Part shown: positions 13,401 to 26,500 of the stretch, in pieces | Layout of the letters: each line of letters opens with the position of its first letter | How positions within the stretch are numbered: position 1 is the first letter of the stretch | Origin: Mytilus californianus | Lineage: Eukaryota | NCBI RefSeq assembly: GCF_021869535.1 | Contig: NW_026262637.1 | Location: 8,990,001-9,054,000 of the forward strand | Direction of reading: 5' to 3' | DNA length: 64,000 nucleotides | Position numbers and translations under genes: made by a program | The notes under the pieces: model-generated | What the model was told of the DNA's origin: nothing | Database searches by the model: none | Seen by the model: only the letters and a program-made list of their open reading frames with translations

Positions 13401-13443
13401 TGGCAATCTTTTCTATTTCAGAAATACTCAGTTCAGCTGACAT
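10438..13443 (-). CDS. fem-1: FEM-1-like ankyrin repeat protein, copy 2; exons 13443-12205 and 10881-10438 (560 aa)
   Basis: Colinear with copy 1 (about 79 substitutions in 413 exon-1 residues by manual count); donor CAG|GTAATT at 12205/12204, acceptor TTTCAG|GTG at 10882/10881, phase 0. Confidence 0.88.
11225..11675 (-). mobile_element. Degraded Penelope-like 3' fragment in fem-1 copy 2 intron, at the same position as in copy 1
   Basis: Shares CTGCTCCACAT(G/A)TGGCACC, CAATTGGAACATATC and AAGGAAATCATGA blocks with 983-1490. Confidence 0.6.
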
Positions 13444-14530
13444 ATTTAAGCACTATTAACATATATCTTTAGAAACGGTAGTTAAATAGCTATTCAAAAC
13501 TAAGTGATATGTATGTTCCTGTATGTAAAATACCTTTTAACCGTTAATGAACCAATAATCCAAAAATATAATATCAACATTTGAAATTATGAAAAGTGTT
13601 TATGAAATCATGCGTCGAACACATAATGCAGGATATAAGACAATATATCCTTTGGGAATTTTCAGTTCCGTGTCAGCTGATCTATATAGAATTTTTTAAT
13701 TTATCTACCTGTGCTAGATATTAAAATAAATGACCTTGTCCGATGTTATATATTGTAAAAGTAATAATAGTTTATCAAAGTTAGAACATTAATATCTTGT
13801 TCAATTGAATGTATTTGTGATGGACAACCAAAATAGATTTCATAAATCGAACGACAATCGACCAAATATTATGTAAGATTGTGTCAATCCCTACGTGACA
13901 GTTGTAAGTTTGTTCATGCTTAAACTTCACAAAAACCGATGTAAACAGATACAATAAGACCCAATTGAACTGTATGTTCTATTAGAAGGGCGCATAGAAA
14001 CTTGTTACTATTATCCTGATAGGATAATTAATATGCATATGTAATTAGATCTTTGAATATAGTTTACATTGGCACTAATATCGATTTTGTCATCAGCAAA
14101 TTAAAACATAACTAAATTTGTATTTTTTTTTCAAGTGGGGTGTATAAAGACACACCCACGTTCGTTTAGATCTATAAAGAGGTTAAAATCCTAACTATCC
14201 TACTGTCTATCGATACATTTATTTTTGGCATTGCACTAGTCATTTCTTCTTTGACTGTCCATGACGTTAAAATACTAAATCCCTGGGATGTGTTTTAGTA
14301 GATTTTAGTCTCTGATGCATGATTTTTTATTATTAACTGTTTTGGCTTTTAACTAGCTGTCAGTAACTGCGAGTACTCTCAAATCGTACTTTCTTGTTTA
14401 TTTGACCTGTTGATACTAATTGTATTGCTTTTTTGTTATTTAATGTTATTCAGGTTTATATCTGGTCTATATACCAGCTTTGATAAGTGTTTGGTATAAC
14501 TATAAATTTTCACTTCGTACTATGAACATT

Positions 14531-14961
14531 AAAATTATTTATTTTGTAAAAATATTTCCTTTCTCTATTGGTACTGTACACGTATACCTAACAACAAAAT
14601 TATTTTCATTTACCTGTGTTTAAAGTTATTGCAAATGGATGGTATTTTTGTTCGAGCATATTGTTTTTCTTTAATTGTTTAACATTTCTTACCGATATAA
14701 CATGTTACTTTTATTATTCTTCCCTTAGTTCATTTATTTTGTATTCAAAATTATTTATTTTGTAAAAATATTTCCTTTCTCTATTGGTACTGCACACGTA
14801 TACCTAACAACAAAATTATTTTCATTTACCTGTGTTTAAAGTTATTGCAAATGGATGGTATTTTTGTTCGAGCATATTGTTTTTCTTTAATTGTTTAACA
14901 TTTCTTACCGATATAACTTGTTACTTTTATTATTCTTCCCTTAGTTTATTTATTTTGTATT
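14531..14961. repeat. Local tandem duplication, 2 x 216 bp
   Basis: AAAATTATTTATTTTGTAAAAATATTTCC... starts at 14531 and again at 14747, nearly identical. Confidence 0.9.
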
Positions 14962-15442
14962 TACATTGTGTCATAGGTCAAATTTATTTGTTCAGTGTAT
15001 GTTCAATGGTGTTAATATGTCCTTTGATTGAGTTAAGCTATTTCAGGTGATATTTTATAGTGTGTCTTTCTATGTTGTGATGTTACACTATTCTTTCAGA
15101 AAAAGGGTGAAGGTTTGGTACCATTAAAACGTTTAAACCCGCTGCATTTGTTTGCACCTGTCCTAAGTCAGGAATCTGATGTTCAGTAGTTGTCGTTTGT
15201 TGATGTGGTTCACAAGTGTTTCTCGTTTCTCGTTTTTTTTTTATATAGATTAGACCGTTGGTTTTCCCGTTTGAATGGTTTTACACTAGTAATTTTTTGG
15301 TGCCCTTTATAGCTTACTGTTCGGTATGAGCCAAGGCTCCGTGTTGAAGACCGTACTGTGACCTATAATGGTTTACTTTTATAAATTTTGACTTGGATGG
15401 AGAGTTGTCTCATTGGCACTCATACCACATCTTCTTATATCT
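14897..15442 (+). repeat. Interspersed repeat of about 545 bp; inverted near-identical copy at 26831-27373, partial copy at 30357-30470
   Basis: Direct reverse-complement match over the whole length. Confidence 0.85.
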
Positions 15443-17189
15443 ATATATGATGTTCAATGGCACAAAATATAGTTTTATCAATGCTCTTCAACTTTCTACT
15501 TGTTTGGCGTTGGAACTATTTTGATTTGAGCGTCACTTATGAGTCATGTAGATGAAACGCTCGTCTGGTGTATCAAATTATTAGCCTGGTACATTTGAAA
15601 ACTATTGAAGCCTTTACCGGAATACAATTATTACTTTAAATATTTGCCACATTATAATTATTCCGTCTGAAATTTTTGCCAATCGTTGTATTTATATCTC
15701 CCTTTGCAGATATTGAGCTCCTTTGTGAGATATGTTTATGATATGATACGCAAAAATAGTTAACCGCATTTATCTGAAGTATTGGACAGTAAAATAGATC
15801 ATCAACCTCGACTCCTCTTTTAATAAAATAGTCGTACACATAAACACAATCAACAGCAAATAAAACATGGCGAATTAGTTTCATTTATAGTAAAAATAAA
15901 AAAATATGAACTTCATTTCAGTTGACATACAATGTAGCTAAAGCCACTAAACGAAGATAGAAATGTACGGTCCTTAAAGTCTTACGATTTCAAAAATATT
16001 GTTAAAGTCGAAAGGTTTTTTTTACCAGACTATTTAGTGTTTCCATTTGCAGCTTTCTTCTCCCGTGAAATACCTTATTACAGATCCTGTATAATCTTCA
16101 CTCGTATGATGCTCTACTTTTTTTTAATATAGTTCAACATGTTCAATGATGATGTAATTGTTAGAAACAATTATTATTATGCTGTATGTTCTAAAAGATT
16201 TGTATTGCAATAAAAGGAATTAAATGTGTGTAACAACTAAAGAACTCTTGGATTTTTGTTCCATTCATGCTGAAATATAAAAGTGTACAACTTTCATATG
16301 ATCATACGTGCTCAAATTGCAGAGGAAGATAACAACCGATTCAATCAATGTTTAAACTGATGCAGCAAAATGTTTTGATGAGTAGACTTATCCCATAAGT
16401 GTGATAATAAAACTTTCGAAATTATGACATGTCGATTTGTTATTGTGGATCGAGTAGTCGAGATAATTAGAAATCAAACCGGTAAATGTTTTGGTTTTAC
16501 TTGTCAATGAGCGAACCACCCACGACAGGTGGGCACCCGGTCTTCTTTTTCACTATTAACAGACATTCATGCATATAATGGTTTACTTTTATAATTGTGA
16601 CTTGGATAGAGAGTTGTCTCATTGGCACTCATACCACATCTTCCTATATCTATATGTTGTTAAAATCGACACCAGATAGGAAGACGAAACATCTGCCTCT
16701 CTATCAATAGTAAGTTTACCTTCTGTTGATAAGCCCAGTATCACCATGAAGAAAAACACGAAGGTCTGTACAACGGGGTAAGTGTTACAATATGTTCTTT
16801 ACTTTCTTTAATGTATTGTTGAAAGGTGTTTTTAAATATTATTTTAGATTTTATTTTTTAACTTTGTCAAATATTTATTGTCTACATGTTTCTTTATTAA
16901 ACACTATTCTGGTATTGCACAGCAAAATCTATGTAACAAGATTCTGTTACGTGGTTTGAACAGTGTTATTATAGTTTTTGAATCTCTAAAGTTGTTTAAA
17001 GTTGTTGTTAATCATTACATTTATGCACTGATATTTAAATGTATGGTGTATAAAATGTTCCCCCAATATCTTCACTTTCTTTTCAAATAAATTCAATCCT
17101 GTTTTATAACATTGTTTCTTTTTATATGTCTATATAATGAAGAACCATTAGCAAAACGTTTGTTTATGTTGTAGACGTTAGTAGTATCA

Positions 17190-19845
17190 ATGACTGCGAT
17201 CTTATTCTTTGTGACAGTTATTGTAACATTAGCAGTATGTCAGTCTCAGAACTCAGAGTTTGTACCACAGACGCGTGACTTTGATTACAACTCAAAAGAA
17301 ACAGTCACTAAAACTACGGAGGAATCAATTATTTCGTTTGGAGGGCCGATATCTAAAGAAAAAATCCAAAAGCAACCAACAAAAACTGTTACAACACCCA
17401 ACGAAACTGTTTGTCCAATTACTCAGCTAGAAACAAAGGGACCAGTAAATCTATATATTCATGGGGCTTTTGCTACAACAAATAAAGGTTGGTTTGTTGC
17501 CCCTTGTTGCTTCATATACACTCAAATTGTTATGAGTCTCAGTTTGCGTTTCTCTCTACCAGCTGCAAAGGCAGCAATCGACCAAAGAATACTTTAAAAA
17601 GCGAAAAAATGTGACGAATTTAAATAATATAATGCATGATGTTATTTCTATTACAGTACTTCTTATCCCAACAAGACAAGTTTATATTGCAACAAATGAA
17701 ATATCAAAAAATTATTTCAGACTTACTTCCATTTCCACAACCACAATCAAAATGTGAATGTTCTCCAGGGTCGCAAGGTCTACCAGGAATCCCTGGACCT
17801 GACGGTAAGATTGGTCCTCGAGGACCCAAAGGAGACAGCGGACTACAAGGCTCTGTAGGTCCCCCTGGTAGACCTGGTCCTCCAGGGAATGTGATAGTTA
17901 ATACAACACATACCATTAGTCATAAACAATCCAGTGTGTTTACTGCATTCTCAGCTGTGATGACTATGACACAATATGGACCATTCGGTCAGGATAGGGT
18001 AAGTTGTGGTGTAATATAAATATAAGTTAAACTGTTATTGTCTTTTGAATGCAAAATTTAATCTCCAAACTGTTATTTTTGTAGGAATTTAGTTAAGACA
18101 AAATATTGACAATACATGTATTTCCGAGAACCATTGCTATTGCTGTTTTAGCTATACTTTTGCATATAGATATATTGATAGAAACATGTTAACGAAATCC
18201 GTTTTTTTATTATTCATATATCGACGAAAAGTAATGCAAAACAATATGTTATTGTGACTTTTTTTTCGAGCCTATGACATTTTGTCACCAACGCGAGACA
18301 TAGCGATCCTACAGTCCATCGTCGATGGTGTCAAAAGTTAGGTTTTTTTTTCATTTCTCTATATAATATTTTACTAATAAAAGGATTTATTTTTATGCAG
18401 TTAACGTTTCCATACAGTCGGGGATTAAACAGATTTTAAAGTAATGACTTCAATAACTTTTTTATAATCTTCGTGGAATGTTATGATACATGGACTGGAA
18501 CCTCTTCAAGATCAAGATATAACAAATGAAGAAATAAGTCTATTTTTGTTTTGTTTTTGTAGAATCATTATTTTACTGATCAAACTTAGTTTTGCAGTCA
18601 ACATAACACTTTCAAACTGACATCAGCAATCGCATACGAGACACAGTGTTTAGTACCCTTTGCAATGTTTTATTTTATTTTCGTGATAATAATTATTAGT
18701 AATCATTTAAAGTTTGTAGCTGTTCTGTTCATGTTGACTTTGGTCTTGTTTCTCTGTATGTTTTGCTTGAAGTTGTCATACATTCATGCTAAACAAAGCA
18801 GAAACATAATTTAGAAACAATTTTTGTTTCTTTGGTTTTTTTTTCTTTTTTAGGGTTCTTTATACTGATAATATTTTAGCACTATTTTCAGATAGTAGTT
18901 TTTGATCAAATACTGGCAAATTATGGTAAATCTTACCGTCAAAGTGTTGGTGTATTTGTAACACCTTATAATGGACTCTACCAATTCCATATGCATATAC
19001 ACACCAGGAAGTCTTTCATTGCTGAAGTCACCTTACGTGTAAGTTTGTATTGTTTACTGGTTACAGCAACCCGTTAAACAAAACATTTTGAACCATGTCT
19101 TCTTATAGAGAATTGTGAGGAGTGATAAAGTCCATTTAATGAATTTAGCACCGTTATTTGTTCGTCGAGTCGGTTACTTTTGACGTCTGAGTGTTGTTAG
19201 GACTTGTAATATATTTTTCCATCATTTATATCATTGTTTTCATTTTTTTTCATTTTTTGAGGCTTTAGTAGTCAGTCGTTTACAAAATACTTACTTCATT
19301 GAATTAATTTGGATCCGTACATTTTACTTCTTTTACAATCAAGTGCAACATGTTCATGAACTAAGCACATACAGTCTCCAGCAATAGACTGGTGTCTGTA
19401 CAATATGTTAATCTCTAAATACTCACAAGTTGAAAATAATTTGTGGATAAATTTTATTTTAGATTTTATTAGGCACTTTACTCGCATTATTCACAAATCA
19501 CTCGTACAGTAGTTAACCATTTAGAACTCTATGACAAGAAACGCTAGACAAGCGCTTAATTAAGCGCGTATTCATTTTCAGGTAAAACGAAAAATGAATA
19601 CCCAGTCGATGCAGGATATTGTCAGAACATGGGCTGATGGGAAAACAGGCAACATAGAATACGAAATGGGTTCATCCAACAGTGCCATAGTTTATTTAGA
19701 GAAGGGAGACATGGTATATTGTGTGTTACCAAAGAATCAAGTGTTGTCTGGGTTACAGTTTACATCATTTTCTGGATATCTGATGAAAACTGACGAAAAG
19801 AACGATATGAACTCAAAAGACAGATTTCAAACATTTCTTCCATAA
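17190..19845 (+). CDS. Secreted collagen-containing C1q domain protein; exons 17190-17487, 17721-17998, 18892-19038, 19582-19845 (328 aa)
   Basis: Signal peptide [19 protein letters not shown], Thr-rich stalk, CEC, about 14 Gly-X-Y triplets, gC1q motifs [56 protein letters not shown]. Junction phases 1/0/0 all match canonical GT-AG sites. Confidence 0.9.
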
Positions 19846-20555
19846 CTATTTAATGATTTAATTAAAAAAATGTAGTTTTGTATTGAATCATTTATTATAA
19901 GTAAATAAATCGTATCAGACATCCTTTTACAGAGATAAAGCTGAACTAGGCTAGACAACAGAACAAATAAATCAATGTATCGCTAAATTCACTTGTTCAA
20001 GTAAGGACACATCCTGCTGATAGCTGCGCTGCATGTGGGGTTTGTTTTACTTATCTGATATATGATCTAGGTTCACGATGGTGGAGATTTGTGCGCAAAT
20101 AAAACTGGTTCGTACTTAACTCAAACTTTCCTGATTTAGACAGCAAAAAGAAAATCGATTTCGGGGACTCCCTTATGTGTCAATATCATCGAAAAGATCC
20201 AATCAATAAGATTATATATCAGTTAACATTATAATGTGGACGGAATCAAAAGGTCAAATAGTGCGTGTTTTTTTTTTCGCAACGCTTTACGTGGGTTCTC
20301 TACTTATAAGGATAAGACATACCTCTTCCACTTATTCTTTTATTAGTTGTACATACGTGTTTCTCAAGAAGTATAAATGTAATGTGGATCACTTGTCCGA
20401 TTTACATATAAAGCAACAGCTTGACGATTTCTAAATGCACACAAAATTTTGTACAAATCTGATTAGCCGTTTTGTAGTTCGTCATTAATTGTTAACACTT
20501 TTTTGTTCCGTTTTTGTTCTTCATCTTAACTTTCTTTGATCCAAAAGGGATTCTG

Positions 20556-20955
20556 TCATGTCTGTTTAAATATATCTACTAGTCCGTTGCCTCTTAGATA
20601 CTTTTTATACTCCAACAACATTACATCGTCATAGCGACGCAACAGGACTGTTCTGCCATTTATATTGACCTGACCTCCCGCTATTCTGTCACGTGCTGTT
20701 TTACTATCCAATAGAATAACCCATCGAAATGACATCGCCAAATACTGAAGAGATTTAATGTGAAAGTCTCCAAATGACGTTAAATGAGTTCCTAATTGAT
20801 TATATACATCTTCGTGGGAAGCACGACTTCCACCCAAGTCGAAAGAAATAGCATTTGGGAGTGGTTCCGGTGGTGATCGTGGTGGTCTTCGTTCTAAATT
20901 CTTTGACATTTCGGGATCTCTTTTGTGACAGATCAGTACATATCCATTTCTTAAT
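20556..20955 (-). CDS. RRM-like domain terminal exon C (ZCCHC3/retroelement ORF1p-like fold); upstream exon not identified
   Basis: Open frame from acceptor TTCAG|A at 20955 (phase 2) to stop; clearly homologous to 35657-36044 (FDLGGS.ASHEDVY, KSLQY..MSFRWVILLDSK, LRRYDD); predicted beta-alpha-beta-beta-alpha-beta pattern by eye. Confidence 0.7.
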
Positions 20956-23438
20956 CTGAATTTAAAATAATACTCGCATCAGTTGCATGCTTGCAGACTA
21001 TCTATGTTAACACGCTATATATATATAAATATGAAGTGATATTGAATTTATTGCAATTAACCTTGATTTGGATTATTTTCTGGATGTAAGCAATTTTACA
21101 TGATGGCATCAACCTAGCAGGAGAATTTATTTCAGTTATAACAAAATATTTTATTAGTGGTAAAAAGAAAGGAAAAAGTATTCTTATTCGATGCAAGTCA
21201 CATGTTTTGGTTTCTGTTAACTTATTTTTAATGTAAAAGCAGTATAAATATACCACTGAAAGTTTATCATCTGAGTAAGGATAGGTAGAATGTACTGTTT
21301 TGAAAATTGTTTTGACCACAAGATACCCAATGGATACGATCAAGTTGTTTAATCAGAAGTCTTTTTCCATGTTAATGAAAAGATTCGATTACCAACGGAA
21401 TTGAACTGTGGTATTTATATCTAGTCATCAGATCCCGCGATTAAGAGCCTGACATATGGTATATACACCTGTCTATTGTCGATGACTATGTTGATCTCTG
21501 ATCATATGTCTTTTAGTTATTTGTGTCGTTGCTTTGGTGTCTCATAGACGTATACCCCTAATCTTTTATTTCATACAATAATATGACAAAGCAATAGTTA
21601 TTGACAGATAGGTCCAGCACAATAAACCATGATCGTTCTTTTTCATTGCATATAGGCAGGGATATTATCTCACTGCCTCTGCTGTTTACTAGAAATTAGA
21701 CAAATATAAAGAAATAAACGTTAGCATGTACATGTACTTACCAAATTCACGAATTAAAGAATTTGCCTTTTAATTGATTTGAACAGTTTCCGATGAGAGT
21801 AGTCACTTAATACTATGTTTTCATGCATGCCATATTCCAGAAAAACCCAGAACATTTTGCCCTTACAGTTGCATTGTATGGTTTAGTTATGAACAAAGGA
21901 TGCTATTTTAGGACAGGAATAAGTTGCATTAAACATCGTTGAATTATTCAGATATGTTTATACACAGGTTTGATTAGAATCGCACTGGTACAATAAGAAG
22001 TTAGTCCCAGGAGTGCAACTTGTGCTAATAAAATCAATTTTATTACATATTTCCATGCTACAAAAAATATTATATTGTTCACTTATTTGAGGTCGATTTC
22101 TTGAATGTACGTTCGTGAATATTTCATATTACTAATGCATTACGTTTGATTAATTTCTAAGCAATCTATCTGGTTTAATAATTATCTAAATTAAATTATA
22201 CCATTAAAAAAAATATAGAAAAATATGTTGTCATAATTAAGAAATTTTTAAAAGGAAATAATATAATTTTGTTATGCAGCCATAGGGATGGACATTACTG
22301 CTATGTATTCCTTAGTATGCGACCGCTCAGAAGGAGGGAGTATACTAGTTCACCGCTGTCCGTGTGTCTGTCCAATGACATTTTTGTCGAATTGTTTTTA
22401 GGAACTGCAAATCAGAACTTCTTGAAATTCTGGGCAGGCTTCGTGTGAGCATATATATATATATATACAAGTCTAAATTGAAAACAACGTTCAAACCTAT
22501 GATTGCGTTGGATAAAAACCGCAATTTTTATACGTGTATATATATATATATATATATACTATACCGTGTGGTTAACTTTCATATTCATTACTCACCAACT
22601 TCCTGTTAATCTTGTAACACCATGTCAATTTGACCCTGTATGAGATGTTCGTCGCATTGTCTCATGAACTACAAATAAGAGCTTCCTGAAATTTGATATC
22701 AAGCTTCACCTGAGCATGTTCTGTAGAGACGTTTTTGATTTTTAAAAATGAACGTTGTATATACTGGTTAATTATTAATTCAAGGATTTCGTAACTTTCG
22801 TTTTGAAATTTTGCTGAACCTGTAGAATCGTATTATTCTATTTTTTTCACAGTATTTTTGTTTATAAAGCCCGTAAATTTAGATACGATCCCAGCCTCGG
22901 AAAGTTCGTTAGTCCTTTGAATAATCTTATTTTTAAAGGATCTCAATTTAAATATACGTATAAGCCTTAGTATCTTTGATTACTGTTTTGTGCACTAACA
23001 CTACACAATTATGTTCGTCAAACAAAAACATAACTATAAAATATGTTTTAATTGCCACAGGTTTTGACCAGTATATACTTAATATGTTTATCCCTGGTGT
23101 AAGTGTTTTTGTACGTCAAGGAAATATTACTTTCAATGAAACTCGAGACATCACTGCATATATATATTCGATTTGTTTTTGACAAACGATACAAAATTAA
23201 TTGTCTGCTTAACATAATTTAAATGTAATTTTGTGTGAAACAGACAAAATTAAATTCATAAATTTTAAGGATGCATGAAACAGATTTGAAAAACAATGGT
23301 AACAGATTCAACAATCCAAGTATTAAAAGATTACTCCCTTTAATATAAATAAAGAGCCCCAATTTTATAGTTGAATTTTAACTTGAAATCCAATTGAATC
23401 CCTACGGAAGCCGATAAGGGTCATTCAAAAAAATATTT

Positions 23439-23586
23439 ATGTCGCAATTACGACATAGCATGTCGTAATAACGACATAACTATGTCGTAATTTCGACATA
23501 GCATGTCATAATAACGACATCACTATGTCGTAATTACGACATCGCTATGTCGTAATAACGACATCCTTATGTCGTTATAACGACAT
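23439..23586. repeat. Array of seven 18-bp palindromes (ATGTCGTAATTACGACAT consensus) separated by 3-4 bp
   Basis: Units start at 23439, 23460, 23482, 23503, 23525, 23547 and 23569. Confidence 0.9.
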
Positions 23587-26500
23587 CGCTATATATATAT
23601 ATATATAAAACAGTATGTATTATGATTGCCAAGAGACTATATAACACAGAAATTAACAACTATAGGTCATCATAATGCCTTCAAAATGAGAAAAGCCCCC
23701 ACATAGTCAGCTATAAAAGGCTCCGAAATGACAAATGTTTAACAATTTAATTCGAACGAGAAAACTAACGGCTTTATTAATGTACAAAAAATGAAAACAA
23801 CTACAAATATGTTACACGGCAACAAACGACAACCACCGAATTACAGGCTGCTGATCGCTATGTCATAATTACGACAACATTAGCGTTGTCACTTTTTGAG
23901 GCGATAGAAAATTAAAAATGGTCGTCAGTGAGGGCAAAGTTTGAAGCGTAAAGATATTCATCTTTTTTTGGAGAATAATGAACACTAAATGCAATCAAGC
24001 TTAATTAAAGTTATTTACTTGCACATACTAGAACTTTATTTTATAATCAAGTCAAATGAGACCCAGTTGCACAGGGGAGCGATTCGGGCTTCTTGGAGCC
24101 TCTAGTTATGTTTGGCATGTACATATTCGTGTAAAATATGACTGCATTTCCATTGCAGATTCTGAAGAAGATGAATTTTAAGCTTTTCCAAATAAAGACT
24201 GTTAAACTTTGGACTCCTAGTCCTCAGACCCATGGACCTCTGTACCTTCATTTGTACACAATGGCCTACTGATGCTTGATGCAAATTATAACTGCATTGC
24301 TACTGTTGGTTCTTTATGAGATTCTTACAGCGTCCTCCCCATTGAAGCCTGTATTAAACGTTAGACCCCAAGTTCTTTAAACCAATGTTCCCGAGGACAA
24401 CTATTTCTACAAACTTAGGGGAGGGTTAGGTTCCCGCTAACATGTTTAACCCCGCCACATTCTGTATGTATGTGCCTGTCCCAAGTCAGGAGCCTGTAAT
24501 TCAGTAGTTGTTGCTTGTTGATGTGTTACATATTTGTTTTTCGTTCATTTTTTGTACATAAATTAGGCCGTTAGTTTTCTCGTTTGAACTGTTTTACATT
24601 TCTTATTTCGGAGCCTTTTATAGCTGATTATGTGGCATGGGCTTTGCTCATTGTTGAAGGCTGTACGGTGACCTATACTTGTTAATTTCTGTGGCATTTG
24701 GTTTCTTGTGGCAATCATACCACATCTTCTTTTTTTATATTTAATCCTCATCATATAAGGATCATCCATTCTCTAAGATTTATCCAATATGGCCTGTAGT
24801 TCTTAATGAGAAGATTTTCAAAGCTTTTTCCATTGGAGCCTATGTTAAACTTTAGACCCCTAATAATCGAGCCTAATGGGTCCCCTGATCTTCACCTATC
24901 ACCTAAGGAACTTGTGTCTCGTACTCGAAGTGGTATGCGAGCGATTGCTATCGTTTGTTGTCCGTCGTCGTCTGTCGTAAGCGTGTTTTAAAAATCTCCT
25001 TTGAAACTACTGTACAAAATTCTTTAAAAGTTAGTTTGATTTTTCCTTGTTAAATGTTTCCTTCACAAAAGGCGTGCTTTGATTTTTGAATCCTTAAAAA
25101 CACAGCCGCTGTTATTAACTTGAAAATATAGGACATAATGGTCACACATTAGTTTTTTGATAATGTCTCGAATATCGTTACATTTATCTCAAATCTGTTG
25201 AGGGTTCATCATGACAAAATGGACCTATGCCGAAAATTTCAGAAAGATCAGTTTGACCCATATCTAAGTTGTGGCCTCTAAAACATTTTTTGGGGATAGC
25301 TACATGTATTGTCATCACTTGAAGTCCGTCGATTTTGACTGGCAACCAACAGCATGGACACTGTTACTAAATAAAGGCAACAGTAATATGCCGGTGTTCA
25401 AAGGTCATAAATCGATTGAGAGAAAACAAATCCGGGTTACAAACTAAAACCGAGGGAAACATATCAACTGTAAGAGGAAAATAAACGAACAACAGGAACA
25501 CTAAAGTGAACAAAAATAAACCCTTAACATACATAGAAAGAACTATTTGATAACAACTGTCATATTCCTGAATTGGTACAGGCCATTTTAAGAACAAATG
25601 GTGGGTTGAACTTGGTTTAATGGCTAGCCAAACCTCCCGCTTTATGACAATGTTAAAAATGGCGCTGAAATGATAACACTACGTGACAGAAATACAGATC
25701 AAACACAAGCAAGACCATATATCACAGAGAAACGCACAAACATATAATATACTACAGTGTAGTAATAGTCGCAAAACATGTAAACTGCAGAACAACAGCG
25801 AACATATTTCATCAACGACAAACACCACAGGATATAAAAAACAGTTAAGCGCTTACGTAACTCACATGCAATCTCGAACTGTATGCAGTTATTTCCACAA
25901 TACTATACAAAAAGACCACATAGCGAAATAGCAGAATTTTACCTCTCCTGCGACGAACGTCATAAATAGCGAAACTTTAGGAATTGATTTTGCGGCGACG
26001 GCTGCTAAACTTTTATCAACATTTTGTGATTTTTGTAATCTTTAATAAAAATTTAACGGTAAATACAGACGACGACGGACGACAAGCGATTGCAATAGCA
26101 CACATAATCCTTCTGGTACTTAACACATCTTCTTGATGTGATCTACATTAATGCCAAATATAAATATAGAGGCTCCAACAAGCCTGAATCATTCACCATT
26201 TCAATGGGTCCCATTAGACTTGATTATGAAATAAAGTTATATTATGTGCAGACATATAGCGTAACTAACTTTAATATTAATTAAGCTTGATTAAAATCAG
26301 TGTTTATCATTCTCAAAAATGAATATGTTTCGATAGGGTTTTGATACAAACTTTGCCCTCACTGGCGGCCATTTTTAACTTCGGATCAGCTCAAAACGTA
26401 AAAACTCTTTTTAAGGACCTGGATACAAGTCAAAATCATTGAATTAAGTGTTTAGGAGATCATTAAATGTGTGGAACAGTCGGATCAATTGTTTAATTAT

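Noticed and set aside
17488-17720. End of ORF 17190-17597 and start of ORF 17636-18019 as coding
   Set aside because: A phase-1 GT-AG intron at 17488-17720 joins the frames cleanly; the alternative acceptor at 17562 leads to a stop.
23439-23586. CRISPR-like palindromic repeats
   Set aside because: Linkers are only 3-4 nt, far too short for spacers.
24120-24400. Possible LINE or Penelope fragment (VLPIEACIKR on plus, EHWFKELG on minus)
   Set aside because: Only a few residues match and the two strands give conflicting hints; too decayed to call.
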